This document shows positions 48,023-54,973 of a DNA stretch of 64,000 nt, piece after piece (the stretch's first letter is position 1; each line of letters starts with the position of its first letter). This DNA comes from Acidobacteriota bacterium. GTDB lineage: Bacteria > Acidobacteriota > Terriglobia > Bryobacterales > UBA6623. Below the pieces are notes generated by a model, which did not search any database, was not told the DNA's origin, and saw only the letters and a list, made by a program, of their open reading frames with translations. A program made the position numbers and the translations under genes. The stretch is from assembly GCA_016125275.1 (NCBI GenBank), contig WGMB01000001.1, positions 26,079 through 90,078 of the forward strand, in the 5' to 3' direction.

Positions 48023-48433
48023 ATGAAAGAGTTCGGATTCAGCGACAGCGATTTCTACGCCATAGCCCGGCGGGCCTATGAGCTCAGCCTGCAAGGCGCC
48101 TACGAGCCGGCGGCGACGCTGCTGGAGGGGCTGCGCGCAATCGACCCTTTGGATCGCCACAGTCTGCTATCGCTGGCCGCGGTGCGGATGAAGCAGGGGC
48201 GCGCGTCCGAGTCAGCGGCGATGCTCGAGGCCTGGCTGGCGGAGAGACCCCGGGACGAGCAGCCCCGGGCCCTGCTGATCGAGGCTCTGCTGGAGCTCGG
48301 ACGCGTTCCCCAGGCTCACGCCGAGCGTTTGCGCCTGGAGGCCGGCGGCGGCGTCCTGTCGCAACGGCTGGAATTACGGCTGCGGGCGGCCGAGCAGAGT
48401 GCGGATCGGACGCTGAGCCCGAGGCGTCGGTGA
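48023..48433 (+). CDS. TPR protein (SctY- or SycD-like chaperone)
   Basis: FYAIARRAYELSLQGAYEPAATLLEGL..IDP TPR pattern, 136 aa. Confidence 0.7.
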   Translation: MKEFGFSDSDFYAIARRAYELSLQGAYEPAATLLEGLRAIDPLDRHSLLSLAAVRMKQGRASESAAMLEAWLAERPRDEQPRALLIEALLELGRVPQAHAERLRLEAGGGVLSQRLELRLRAAEQSADRTLSPRRR

Positions 48434-48452
48434 TTTTTTTGAGGAGTCGGGT

Positions 48453-48479
48453 CAACTTCATCTCTCGGGGAGCGATAAC
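48453..48479 (+). promoter_or_regulatory. sigma28-like promoter copy 3
   Basis: CAACTT-CATCTCTCGGGGAG-CGATAAC, 81 nt upstream of ATG 48561. Confidence 0.8.
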
Positions 48480-48560
48480 TCGGGCGTAAGTCAGGGAACA
48501 AAGAAAAACCCCGGCGCAAGAGTTTCGGAGAGACAGTCAGCAGGCAGCAAACAGGAGGAA

Positions 48561-49733
48561 ATGAAAATGAATCTCAACCCTTTGAAGTCGATGATCCAGG
48601 TCGTGACCGCCCCGATGGGGCCGCTGGGCGGCGTGGTCGCCAACGTGTTGGGGGGATTGCTCGAAGCCGGCGCAAAGGGCAAGCAGCAGCTGACGGCTCT
48701 GCAGGCGCAGTATCCGAAGGCCTCGGGTTTTACGGGTGGACAGCAGACCGCTTCGCGGCCGCAACCGTTCTCGATCAACGTCATTCAAGTCACCGTCAAC
48801 CCGATGGACAACTTGCAGAAGGCCCCCGGCGCCGGCGCGCTGCAAAGCTTCGGCAAGGTCGGCGAAGTGGGCAACGACTCGCAGTGGGGCCAGTTCGCCA
48901 ACCAGGCCAACGCCCGCATCACCGGCAACGACAAGTCCTTCAACTTCAACGGGACCAACCCCTGGCTGGGCGGCGGCGACAAGAGCGACATGGCGGCCGT
49001 GGGCTGGGCGCTGCAGAAGAACGACAAGGTGAAGTTCAACTCCGACACCAAGCAGTTCTTCGTGACCAACGCCGACGGCTCGACCAAGAACGTGGCTTCG
49101 CTCGATGAGGTGAAGGCCCAGATCGCCAAGAGCGGCGGCGCGAACCCGAACAACGGCGCGGCCTACAACGCGGTCGGCTCGTTCCTCGACGGCCGGGTCG
49201 GCCAGGCCCAGGCGCAGTCCGCCAGCCAGCAGCCGCAGGGCGCCGAGGACATCATCAAGGCCCTCTCGGAGCTGTTGCAGAAGCTGCTGTCGGCGCTGAC
49301 CGGCCAGGGCTCCGCCGCCTCCGGCGCTGCCAGCGGCTCGTCGGCCCCCGCGTCCACCGGCGGAACCGGCTCGAGCGGCTCGGTCTCGGCCCCGGCGGCG
49401 ACCTCCAGCTCCCCCGCGGCGAGCGGCACGGGCTCGGCGTCCGGCTCCGGCGACGTGGCCTCCTCCGGCGCCTACGAGCCCGGCCAGGGTCTGCTCAGCG
49501 GCGTGAGCTCCTCGATGGATTCGGCGGTCTCCGCCATCGGCTCGAAGGTCGACAGCATGATGGACCAGGCCGAGAAGCTGATGATGTCCGACAAGCCCTC
49601 GGACCAGATGAAGGCCCAGCGGCTGATGCAGCAGGCCAACCGCATCCAGGAGATGTTCTCGAAGATGATGGAGGACATCCAGAAGAGGTTCAGCGCCGCC
49701 CTCGGCCGCGCCGGCTACCAGAAGGCCCAGTAA
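48561..49733 (+). CDS. Probable abundant T3SS-secreted protein (Cys-free, Gly/Ser-rich, needle-like C-terminal helix)
   Basis: SD CAGGAGG, own promoter, very biased codons, S/G/A linker, C-terminal QRLMQQANRIQEMFSKMM, adjacent class II-type chaperone. Confidence 0.7.
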   Translation: MKMNLNPLKSMIQVVTAPMGPLGGVVANVLGGLLEAGAKGKQQLTALQAQYPKASGFTGGQQTASRPQPFSINVIQVTVNPMDNLQKAPGAGALQSFGKVGEVGNDSQWGQFANQANARITGNDKSFNFNGTNPWLGGGDKSDMAAVGWALQKNDKVKFNSDTKQFFVTNADGSTKNVASLDEVKAQIAKSGGANPNNGAAYNAVGSFLDGRVGQAQAQSASQQPQGAEDIIKALSELLQKLLSALTGQGSAASGAASGSSAPASTGGTGSSGSVSAPAATSSSPAASGTGSASGSGDVASSGAYEPGQGLLSGVSSSMDSAVSAIGSKVDSMMDQAEKLMMSDKPSDQMKAQRLMQQANRIQEMFSKMMEDIQKRFSAALGRAGYQKAQ

Positions 49734-49747
49734 GGAAATCTCCAGTC

Positions 49748-49776
49748 GGGTCGGCCGCCTCCTCCGCGGCCGACCC
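49748..49776 (+). other. Perfect 11-bp stem-loop (mRNA stability element or leaky terminator)
   Basis: GGGTCGGCCGC-CTCCTCC-GCGGCCGACCC, 14 nt after the stop at 49733. No U-tract. Confidence 0.6.
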
Positions 49777-49832
49777 AAGAGTTTCACCAGACAACCGAGA
49801 CAAAGAGCAAGAAGACGGGAGACAGATTCAAA

Positions 49833-50324
49833 ATGCCGAACGAAACCGCAGTGACCGATGTGACTCTGGACCAGATCCTCGACGGCGAAGCGACGATGAA
49901 CGACATCTTCGGCTTCAGCGACTTGCAGATCCAGTCCATCGCCGTGCTGGGCTTCCAAGCCTACGAGCAGGGCCGCAACGACGAGGCGCGCATCCTGTTC
50001 GAGGGCCTCACCGCGCTGGACAGCAAGTCCTACTACGGCTACGCCGGCCTCGGCGTGCTGGCCCTGGTGGAGGATGACGTCGACGCCGCCGTCGACTACC
50101 TGCGCCAGGCGGCCGAGCGCACCTCCGGCGACGCGGCCGTCTACGCCAACCTGGGCGAGGCTCTGTTCCGCCAGGGCAAGGTGGAGGAAGCCGCCGACGC
50201 TTTCCAGAAAGCGATCGAGCTCGATCCGGAAGGCAAGGACCCGGGCGCCAACCGTGCCCGGGCCATGATGTACGGCGTCAGCGTCGTGCTCGAAGAAGCC
50301 GCCAAGGCGATGGAGCAGGAGTAG
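49833..50324 (+). CDS. SycD/LcrH-like (class II) TPR chaperone
   Basis: Acidic, 163 aa. GEATMNDIFGFSDLQIQSIAVLGFQAYEQGRNDEARILFEGL..LD..YYGYAGLG, three TPRs. Confidence 0.82.
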   Translation: MPNETAVTDVTLDQILDGEATMNDIFGFSDLQIQSIAVLGFQAYEQGRNDEARILFEGLTALDSKSYYGYAGLGVLALVEDDVDAAVDYLRQAAERTSGDAAVYANLGEALFRQGKVEEAADAFQKAIELDPEGKDPGANRARAMMYGVSVVLEEAAKAMEQE

Positions 50325-50344
50325 TGGCCGGGCGGGCCGGGGCA

Positions 50345-50362
50345 GGGCGGCGCGAGCCGCCC
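50345..50362 (+). other. GNRA-capped hairpin between chaperone and sctV
   Basis: GGGCGGC-GCGA-GCCGCCC within a longer GC-rich imperfect stem. Confidence 0.4.
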
Positions 50363-50416
50363 CGGCCCCGCTCCCGCCGATGGCGCGCAGCGGCAATCGG
50401 GTAACCTGGAGAGCTT

Positions 50417-52531
50417 GTGATCGAGGATCTGAAGAAGCAGTTGACCGAGATGCTGGCCCAATTGAGGGCCGGCAATATTGCTTTGGTGCTCACGCAGTCG
50501 GCTGACGTCATCCTGGTGATCGCCGTCGCGGCGATGGTCGGCCTGATGATCGTCCCGCTGCCGACGTTTCTGCTCGACATCTTCCTGACGGTCAACATCA
50601 CCGTCGCCCTGGTCGTGCTGATGGTCTCGGTCTACGTGAAGGAAGGACCGCAGATCGCCTCGTACCCGACCCTGCTGCTGATCACCACGCTGTACCGGCT
50701 GGCGCTGGATATCTCGACCACGCGCCTGATTCTGCTGCAGGCCGACGCCGGCGAGGTGGTCTACTCGTTCGGCAACTTCGTGGTGCAGGGCAATTTCGTC
50801 GTCGGCGCGGTCATCTTCCTGATCATCACGCTGGTGCAGTTCCTGGTGATCACCAAGGGCGCCGAGCGCGTCGCGGAAGTCGCCGCGCGCTTCACCTTGG
50901 ACGCCATGCCGGGCAAGCAGATGTCGATCGACGCGGACATGCGCGCCGGCACCATCAGCTTTGAGCAGGCCCGCAAGCGGCGCGAAGCGCTGGCGCGGGA
51001 ATCGCAGTTCTACGGCGCCATGGACGGCGCCATGAAGTTCGTCAAGGGCGACGCCATCGCCGGCATCATCATCGTGCTCATCAACATCATCGCCGGACTG
51101 ATCATCGGCGTGATGCAGTTGGGCATGGAGGTCGGCGAGGCCGTGCAGGTCTACTCGGTGCTGACCATCGGCTCCGGCTTGGTGTCGCAGATTCCGGCGC
51201 TGCTGATCGCCATCTCAGCCGGTCTGGTGACGACGCGCGTGGCCTCCGAGCACGAGGATTCGAACCTGGGCAAGGATGTGGCCCGGCAACTGCTCTCGCA
51301 GCCCAAGGCGATCGCCATCGCCTCCGGCCTGTTGCTGGTGCTGGCGATCACGCCGGGGCTGCCGTTCATCCCGTTCGTGCTGATGGCGGCCGCCACCGGG
51401 GCGATCGGCTACAACCTGATCCGGACGGCGCCGGTGGGCGGCGAGGGCGACGACGAGGACTCCGCGCTGGAGGCCGCCAAGGAGCCGGAGATTCGGCCCA
51501 CCGCCGCGCTGGCGCTGCAAGTGGGCTCGGAGCTCGAGCGCCACGTGGATCCCTCCACGCCGGAGGGCGAGCAGTTTCGGCAGTTGCTGGTGCAGGTGCG
51601 GCACGCCTTGTATCTGGAGACTGGCGTGATCCTGCCGCCGGCGCAAGTGGTGGTGCAGCCGGGCCTGGCTCCGAACGCCTATCAGATCTGGGCGCACGAG
51701 ATTCCGCTGGCTTCGGGCGAGATCCGCGCCGACGCGGTGCTGATCAGCGGCGGCGCCTCCGACGTGTTTCTCTACGGGATTCGCGGCGAGGAGACGCGCA
51801 ATCCGGCCACCGGGCGGCCGGCGCTGTGGGCGCATCCGTCGATGCGCGAGAGGGCCGTGGCCGCCAACTTGGAGTCCTGGACGCCGGGCGAAGCGCTGGT
51901 GCTGCACCTGACGCACTTCTTGCGCGAGCACGCCGCGGAGTTCCTGGGGCCGCAAGAGGTCCAGTGGATGACCGACAAGCTGCGCCAGATGTATCCGACG
52001 CTGGTGGAGGAGGTCACGCCGAAGCCGGTTTCATTGCAGGCGCTGACCCAGGTGTTGCAGCGGCTGGCCGCCGAAAAGGTCTCGATCCGCGACCTGAAGA
52101 TGATCTTCGAGGCGTTGTCGTCGGCCGGCCAAACCGACGGCGACCCGGCCCGGCTGACCGAGCGCGTGCGTTACGCGCTGCGGCGCCGCATCTGCTACTC
52201 GCTGTCTGCCGGCAAGCCCCTGCTGCACGTCTACCAGCTCTCGCCAGATCTCGAGGACGCCTTCCGGGACTCCATCCGGGAGTCCTCGGGCGGCGCCTAC
52301 CTGGCGATGGACGAGGCCAGCATCCGGGCCTTCAGCAAGGCCGCCCAGCGCATGTTCGGCAACCTGCCGGCCACCGCGCAGACGCCCGTCATCCTCACCG
52401 GAGAGGACGTGCGCCCGTTCGTGCGCCAGATCCTCTGGCACGATTTTCCTGAAGCCGCCGTGCTGAGCTACGACCAGCTCACCGCCGACATCAACATCGT
52501 TCCGTTGGGAACGCTCGAGGCCGCCGCCTAG
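50417..52531 (+). CDS. sctV: T3SS export gate SctV (FlhA family)
   Basis: ITKGAERVAEVAARFTLDAMPGKQMSIDADMRAG, FYGAMDGAMKFVKGDAIAG, LVSQIPALL, EKVSIRDL, VLSY. Confidence 0.97.
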   Translation: MIEDLKKQLTEMLAQLRAGNIALVLTQSADVILVIAVAAMVGLMIVPLPTFLLDIFLTVNITVALVVLMVSVYVKEGPQIASYPTLLLITTLYRLALDISTTRLILLQADAGEVVYSFGNFVVQGNFVVGAVIFLIITLVQFLVITKGAERVAEVAARFTLDAMPGKQMSIDADMRAGTISFEQARKRREALARESQFYGAMDGAMKFVKGDAIAGIIIVLINIIAGLIIGVMQLGMEVGEAVQVYSVLTIGSGLVSQIPALLIAISAGLVTTRVASEHEDSNLGKDVARQLLSQPKAIAIASGLLLVLAITPGLPFIPFVLMAAATGAIGYNLIRTAPVGGEGDDEDSALEAAKEPEIRPTAALALQVGSELERHVDPSTPEGEQFRQLLVQVRHALYLETGVILPPAQVVVQPGLAPNAYQIWAHEIPLASGEIRADAVLISGGASDVFLYGIRGEETRNPATGRPALWAHPSMRERAVAANLESWTPGEALVLHLTHFLREHAAEFLGPQEVQWMTDKLRQMYPTLVEEVTPKPVSLQALTQVLQRLAAEKVSIRDLKMIFEALSSAGQTDGDPARLTERVRYALRRRICYSLSAGKPLLHVYQLSPDLEDAFRDSIRESSGGAYLAMDEASIRAFSKAAQRMFGNLPATAQTPVILTGEDVRPFVRQILWHDFPEAAVLSYDQLTADINIVPLGTLEAAA

Positions 52532-52544
52532 GAGTACCGCAGAC

Positions 52545-52817
52545 ATGTCCAAACCGAACACCCCCGCCAAGGCCGTCGAAAGCGCCGAAGACGTTTCCTG
52601 GCGCTCCTTCCCGACGCTCGAGAAAGTCTTCAGCTCGGACCTGGAAGGCTTCTACGCCCGGGTGCAGGAGACCTGCGGCGAGCTCAACGCCATCATCGAA
52701 GGCTCGGAGAACCCGCGCGAGGCCGCCCGCGCCCGCAGCGCCATGGCGGCTTACGGCAAGACGCTCGAGCTGTTCCACGAGATCCAGAGCGAAATGGACA
52801 AGGCCGGCGCTCGCTAG
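52545..52817 (+). CDS. Small helical hypothetical protein (possible YscE-like needle co-chaperone)
   Basis: SD AGGAG, 90 aa, two predicted helices, upstream of the needle-like gene. Confidence 0.6.
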   Translation: MSKPNTPAKAVESAEDVSWRSFPTLEKVFSSDLEGFYARVQETCGELNAIIEGSENPREAARARSAMAAYGKTLELFHEIQSEMDKAGAR

Positions 52818-52823
52818 AGACGG

Positions 52824-52850
52824 CAACTTTTTCGCCGGTCCGGCGATAAC
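52824..52850 (+). promoter_or_regulatory. sigma28-like promoter copy 4
   Basis: CAACTT-TTTCGCCGGTCCGG-CGATAAC, 54 nt upstream of ATG 52905. Confidence 0.8.
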
Positions 52851-52904
52851 TCGGGTGAAAGCAGCCAGACGGGCTCAGCCAAAGAGAGGCGAGGAGAAAG
52901 CACG

Positions 52905-53261
52905 ATGTCAGTCCAGCGCGGTTTGGGAGCGGCCTACACGCCGAACTATACGATCCAAGACATCAACAAGATGACGCAGCCGCCGACGAAGTCGAGCGGC
53001 GGGTCGGGCTTCCGCAAGACGCTCGGCGCGGTCGTCGGAGGGGTCGGCAACTTGGTGGCCCCGGGGCTGGGCAGCGCCATCGGCAACGTCATCAGCGGCG
53101 GCTCGCTCGATTCGACCGGCCTGCTCGGCAGCGAGTCGACGCAGTTTCTGGAGATGCAGCGCCAGATGCAGATGGAGAACCGGGCCTTCGAGACGGCTTC
53201 GGTCATCATGAAGAATCGTCACGATGCGGCGATGTCGGCCATTCGGAACATGAAGAGCTAG
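52905..53261 (+). CDS. Needle-subunit-like protein (SctF-like) with Gly-rich N-terminal extension
   Basis: C-terminal LEMQRQMQMENRAFETASVIMKNRHDAAMSAIRNMKS has the L..Q..M...S..MK..D....I.N pattern of PrgI/YscF-type needle helices. Own promoter and SD GAGGAG. Confidence 0.65.
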   Translation: MSVQRGLGAAYTPNYTIQDINKMTQPPTKSSGGSGFRKTLGAVVGGVGNLVAPGLGSAIGNVISGGSLDSTGLLGSESTQFLEMQRQMQMENRAFETASVIMKNRHDAAMSAIRNMKS

Positions 53262-53272
53262 GCGAGGCGAAT

Positions 53273-53680
53273 ATGGCCTGGACGGTACGAACGACGCGAG
53301 AAGATTTGCAGACGCTGCTGGAGGCGGGCTTCATCCTGCGGGCGGCGGGGCGTCTCGACGATGCGCAGGTGGTGTTTCAGGGCGTGCAGGCGCTCTCGCC
53401 GAACCTCAGCGTGGCCGAGGTCGCCCTGGGGACCGTCGATTTCGAGCGCGGCGACTTCGCGCGGGCGCGCAAGCGCTACGAGCGCGTGATCGAGGCCAAT
53501 CCGCGCGACGCCTGGGCGTACGCGCAGTTGGGCGAGACGGAGCTGTTCGACCGGCGCTATGCCGAGGCCAAGACGGCCCTCGACAAGGCGGTGGAACTGG
53601 ACCCCAAGGGTCCGCAAGGCGCCCTGGCGCGCCGGCTGCTCAAGCTGTTGGAAGAGGTTCGCGCCGCCGCCGGCGCGTAG
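53273..53680 (+). CDS. TPR protein (possible YscG-like needle chaperone)
   Basis: LLEAGFIL...GRLDDAQVVFQGVQALSP, three TPRs, immediately after the needle-like gene. Confidence 0.75.
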   Translation: MAWTVRTTREDLQTLLEAGFILRAAGRLDDAQVVFQGVQALSPNLSVAEVALGTVDFERGDFARARKRYERVIEANPRDAWAYAQLGETELFDRRYAEAKTALDKAVELDPKGPQGALARRLLKLLEEVRAAAGA

Positions 53681-53705
53681 TGAACCGTCAGCGAGTGCTA
53701 AGACG

Positions 53706-54041
53706 ATGAAGATCAACTCCCGGCCTCCGCAACCCATTCAGCCCTCCGGCGGCGACGACCGCGTGAAGGGCGCCGAAAGCCGCAAGGCGTTCGAGCTGGG
53801 TGCGGGAGAGCAGGGCGCGCGATCGCTCGGCGCCCTCCGCTCGCGCTTCACCGCGCGGGATCTCGACCAGCCCGACAAGGCCGACCAGGCCGTGCGGGAA
53901 GCCTTCGCGGCGCTGGTCCAGGATCAGCCCGTGAGCGGGGCTCTGCCGGAGGAAGGACGGAAGCAACTGACAGACTTTATGGCCCAAGACCCGATGCTGC
54001 AACAGAAGATGCTCTCCTACCTGCGTAAGGCGCTCCTGTAA
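53706..54041 (+). CDS. Hypothetical T3SS-associated protein
   Basis: MKINSRPPQP disordered start, helical C-terminus (LTDFMAQDPMLQQKMLSYL). ATG 53706. Confidence 0.65.
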   Translation: MKINSRPPQPIQPSGGDDRVKGAESRKAFELGAGEQGARSLGALRSRFTARDLDQPDKADQAVREAFAALVQDQPVSGALPEEGRKQLTDFMAQDPMLQQKMLSYLRKALL

Positions 54042-54048
54042 AGCCGAA

Positions 54049-54543
54049 GTGGAACTCCTGCTCTTTGTCACCGACGGCTCCTCTGAGGCGCCGCAGCAAC
54101 ATCGCTTCCCCGAGCCCGAACGGCTGACCCTGGGCCGCGGACCGCAGAGCCCCGTGCTGCTCGACGGCCCGGCCGTCTCCCGCGAGCACCTGACCCTCGA
54201 CGTGCGCGACGGCGAGCTGTGGGCCACCGATGTGAGCAGCAACGGCAGTTGGATCAACGGCCGCACCATGCAGTCCGGGGCGCCGCAGCGGGTCGGCGCC
54301 GGCGACGAGATCCGCATCGGCGACTACCTGTTGCGCTTTCGCCTGGAGCGCGACGAACCGGTTCCGGCGCCGCCGGACGCCGATCCGCCCAAGGCCGCCG
54401 CGGAGGCCGCTCCGGCCGCCGCGCCCCCTCCGCCCCTGTCTCTGGTCAAGGCGATGCTCTCCGGCGTCACCTTCCTGGAGTGGACGGCGTTGGCGGTGAT
54501 CCTGATCGCGGCGGCGCTGATCAGCGTCTGGTGGCTGCGTTAG
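54049..54543 (+). CDS. FHA domain protein with C-terminal TM anchor
   Basis: Canonical FHA residues LGR...VSREH...SSNG, Pro/Ala linker, TM WTALAVILIAAALISVWWLR at the extreme C-terminus. Confidence 0.88.
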   Translation: MELLLFVTDGSSEAPQQHRFPEPERLTLGRGPQSPVLLDGPAVSREHLTLDVRDGELWATDVSSNGSWINGRTMQSGAPQRVGAGDEIRIGDYLLRFRLERDEPVPAPPDADPPKAAAEAAPAAAPPPPLSLVKAMLSGVTFLEWTALAVILIAAALISVWWLR

Positions 54544-54973
54544 GACTCTCGCAAGCCCTCCGTAACCGTCGTTACACGCGCCGAATCCGGGTACGGGGGT
54601 ACTTTTCGTAGACCGGGCGATCCCCCTAGAGGCGTCTCTCGAACACTCGATCGGCATAAGGGGGATGCATCATCCCCGGCTGGGGCCTCTCCCAGTCATT
54701 CCAAGGAACCCAGCGCCGTCTTCCCCGGGGCGGGGAGGGCTCGGACCCAGCCGCAGGGCCTTTTGGCAGGGCATTCCGTACGATAGCGTCGCCCCGACGC
54801 CGGGTCTCGGGCTAGGAGCCGGTCGGGAGTCGCCGCCCTCAGGCGCAGAGAGTGGCCGAGCCGGTCGTATGCCGAGCGGCGCATAGCGGTCCTGCAACCT
54901 TTGATCTAGAAATTGAAGAGGCGCGGACGAGCTGTTATTTCAACCCTCATCGTCCGTGGCAGGAGCCGTTCCG

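Noticed and set aside
48537-50396. 619-aa minus-strand ORF and similar long antisense ORFs across the window
   Set aside because: They mirror well-supported genes on the opposite strand and carry no recognisable motifs.
53675-53701. GAGTGCTAA, the right half of a CIRCE element
   Set aside because: The left half 9 nt upstream is GCGTAGTGA rather than TTAGCACTC, so it is a chance half-site.
38092-54543. Interpretation as a flagellar gene cluster
   Set aside because: No FliF/FliG/FliM, rod, hook, ring, flagellin or stator genes. SctJ-type lipoprotein, inner rod, needle-like subunit and TPR chaperones are present instead.
54763-54780. TGGCA as a sigma54 -24 box upstream of tadG
   Set aside because: No GC at the required -12 spacing.
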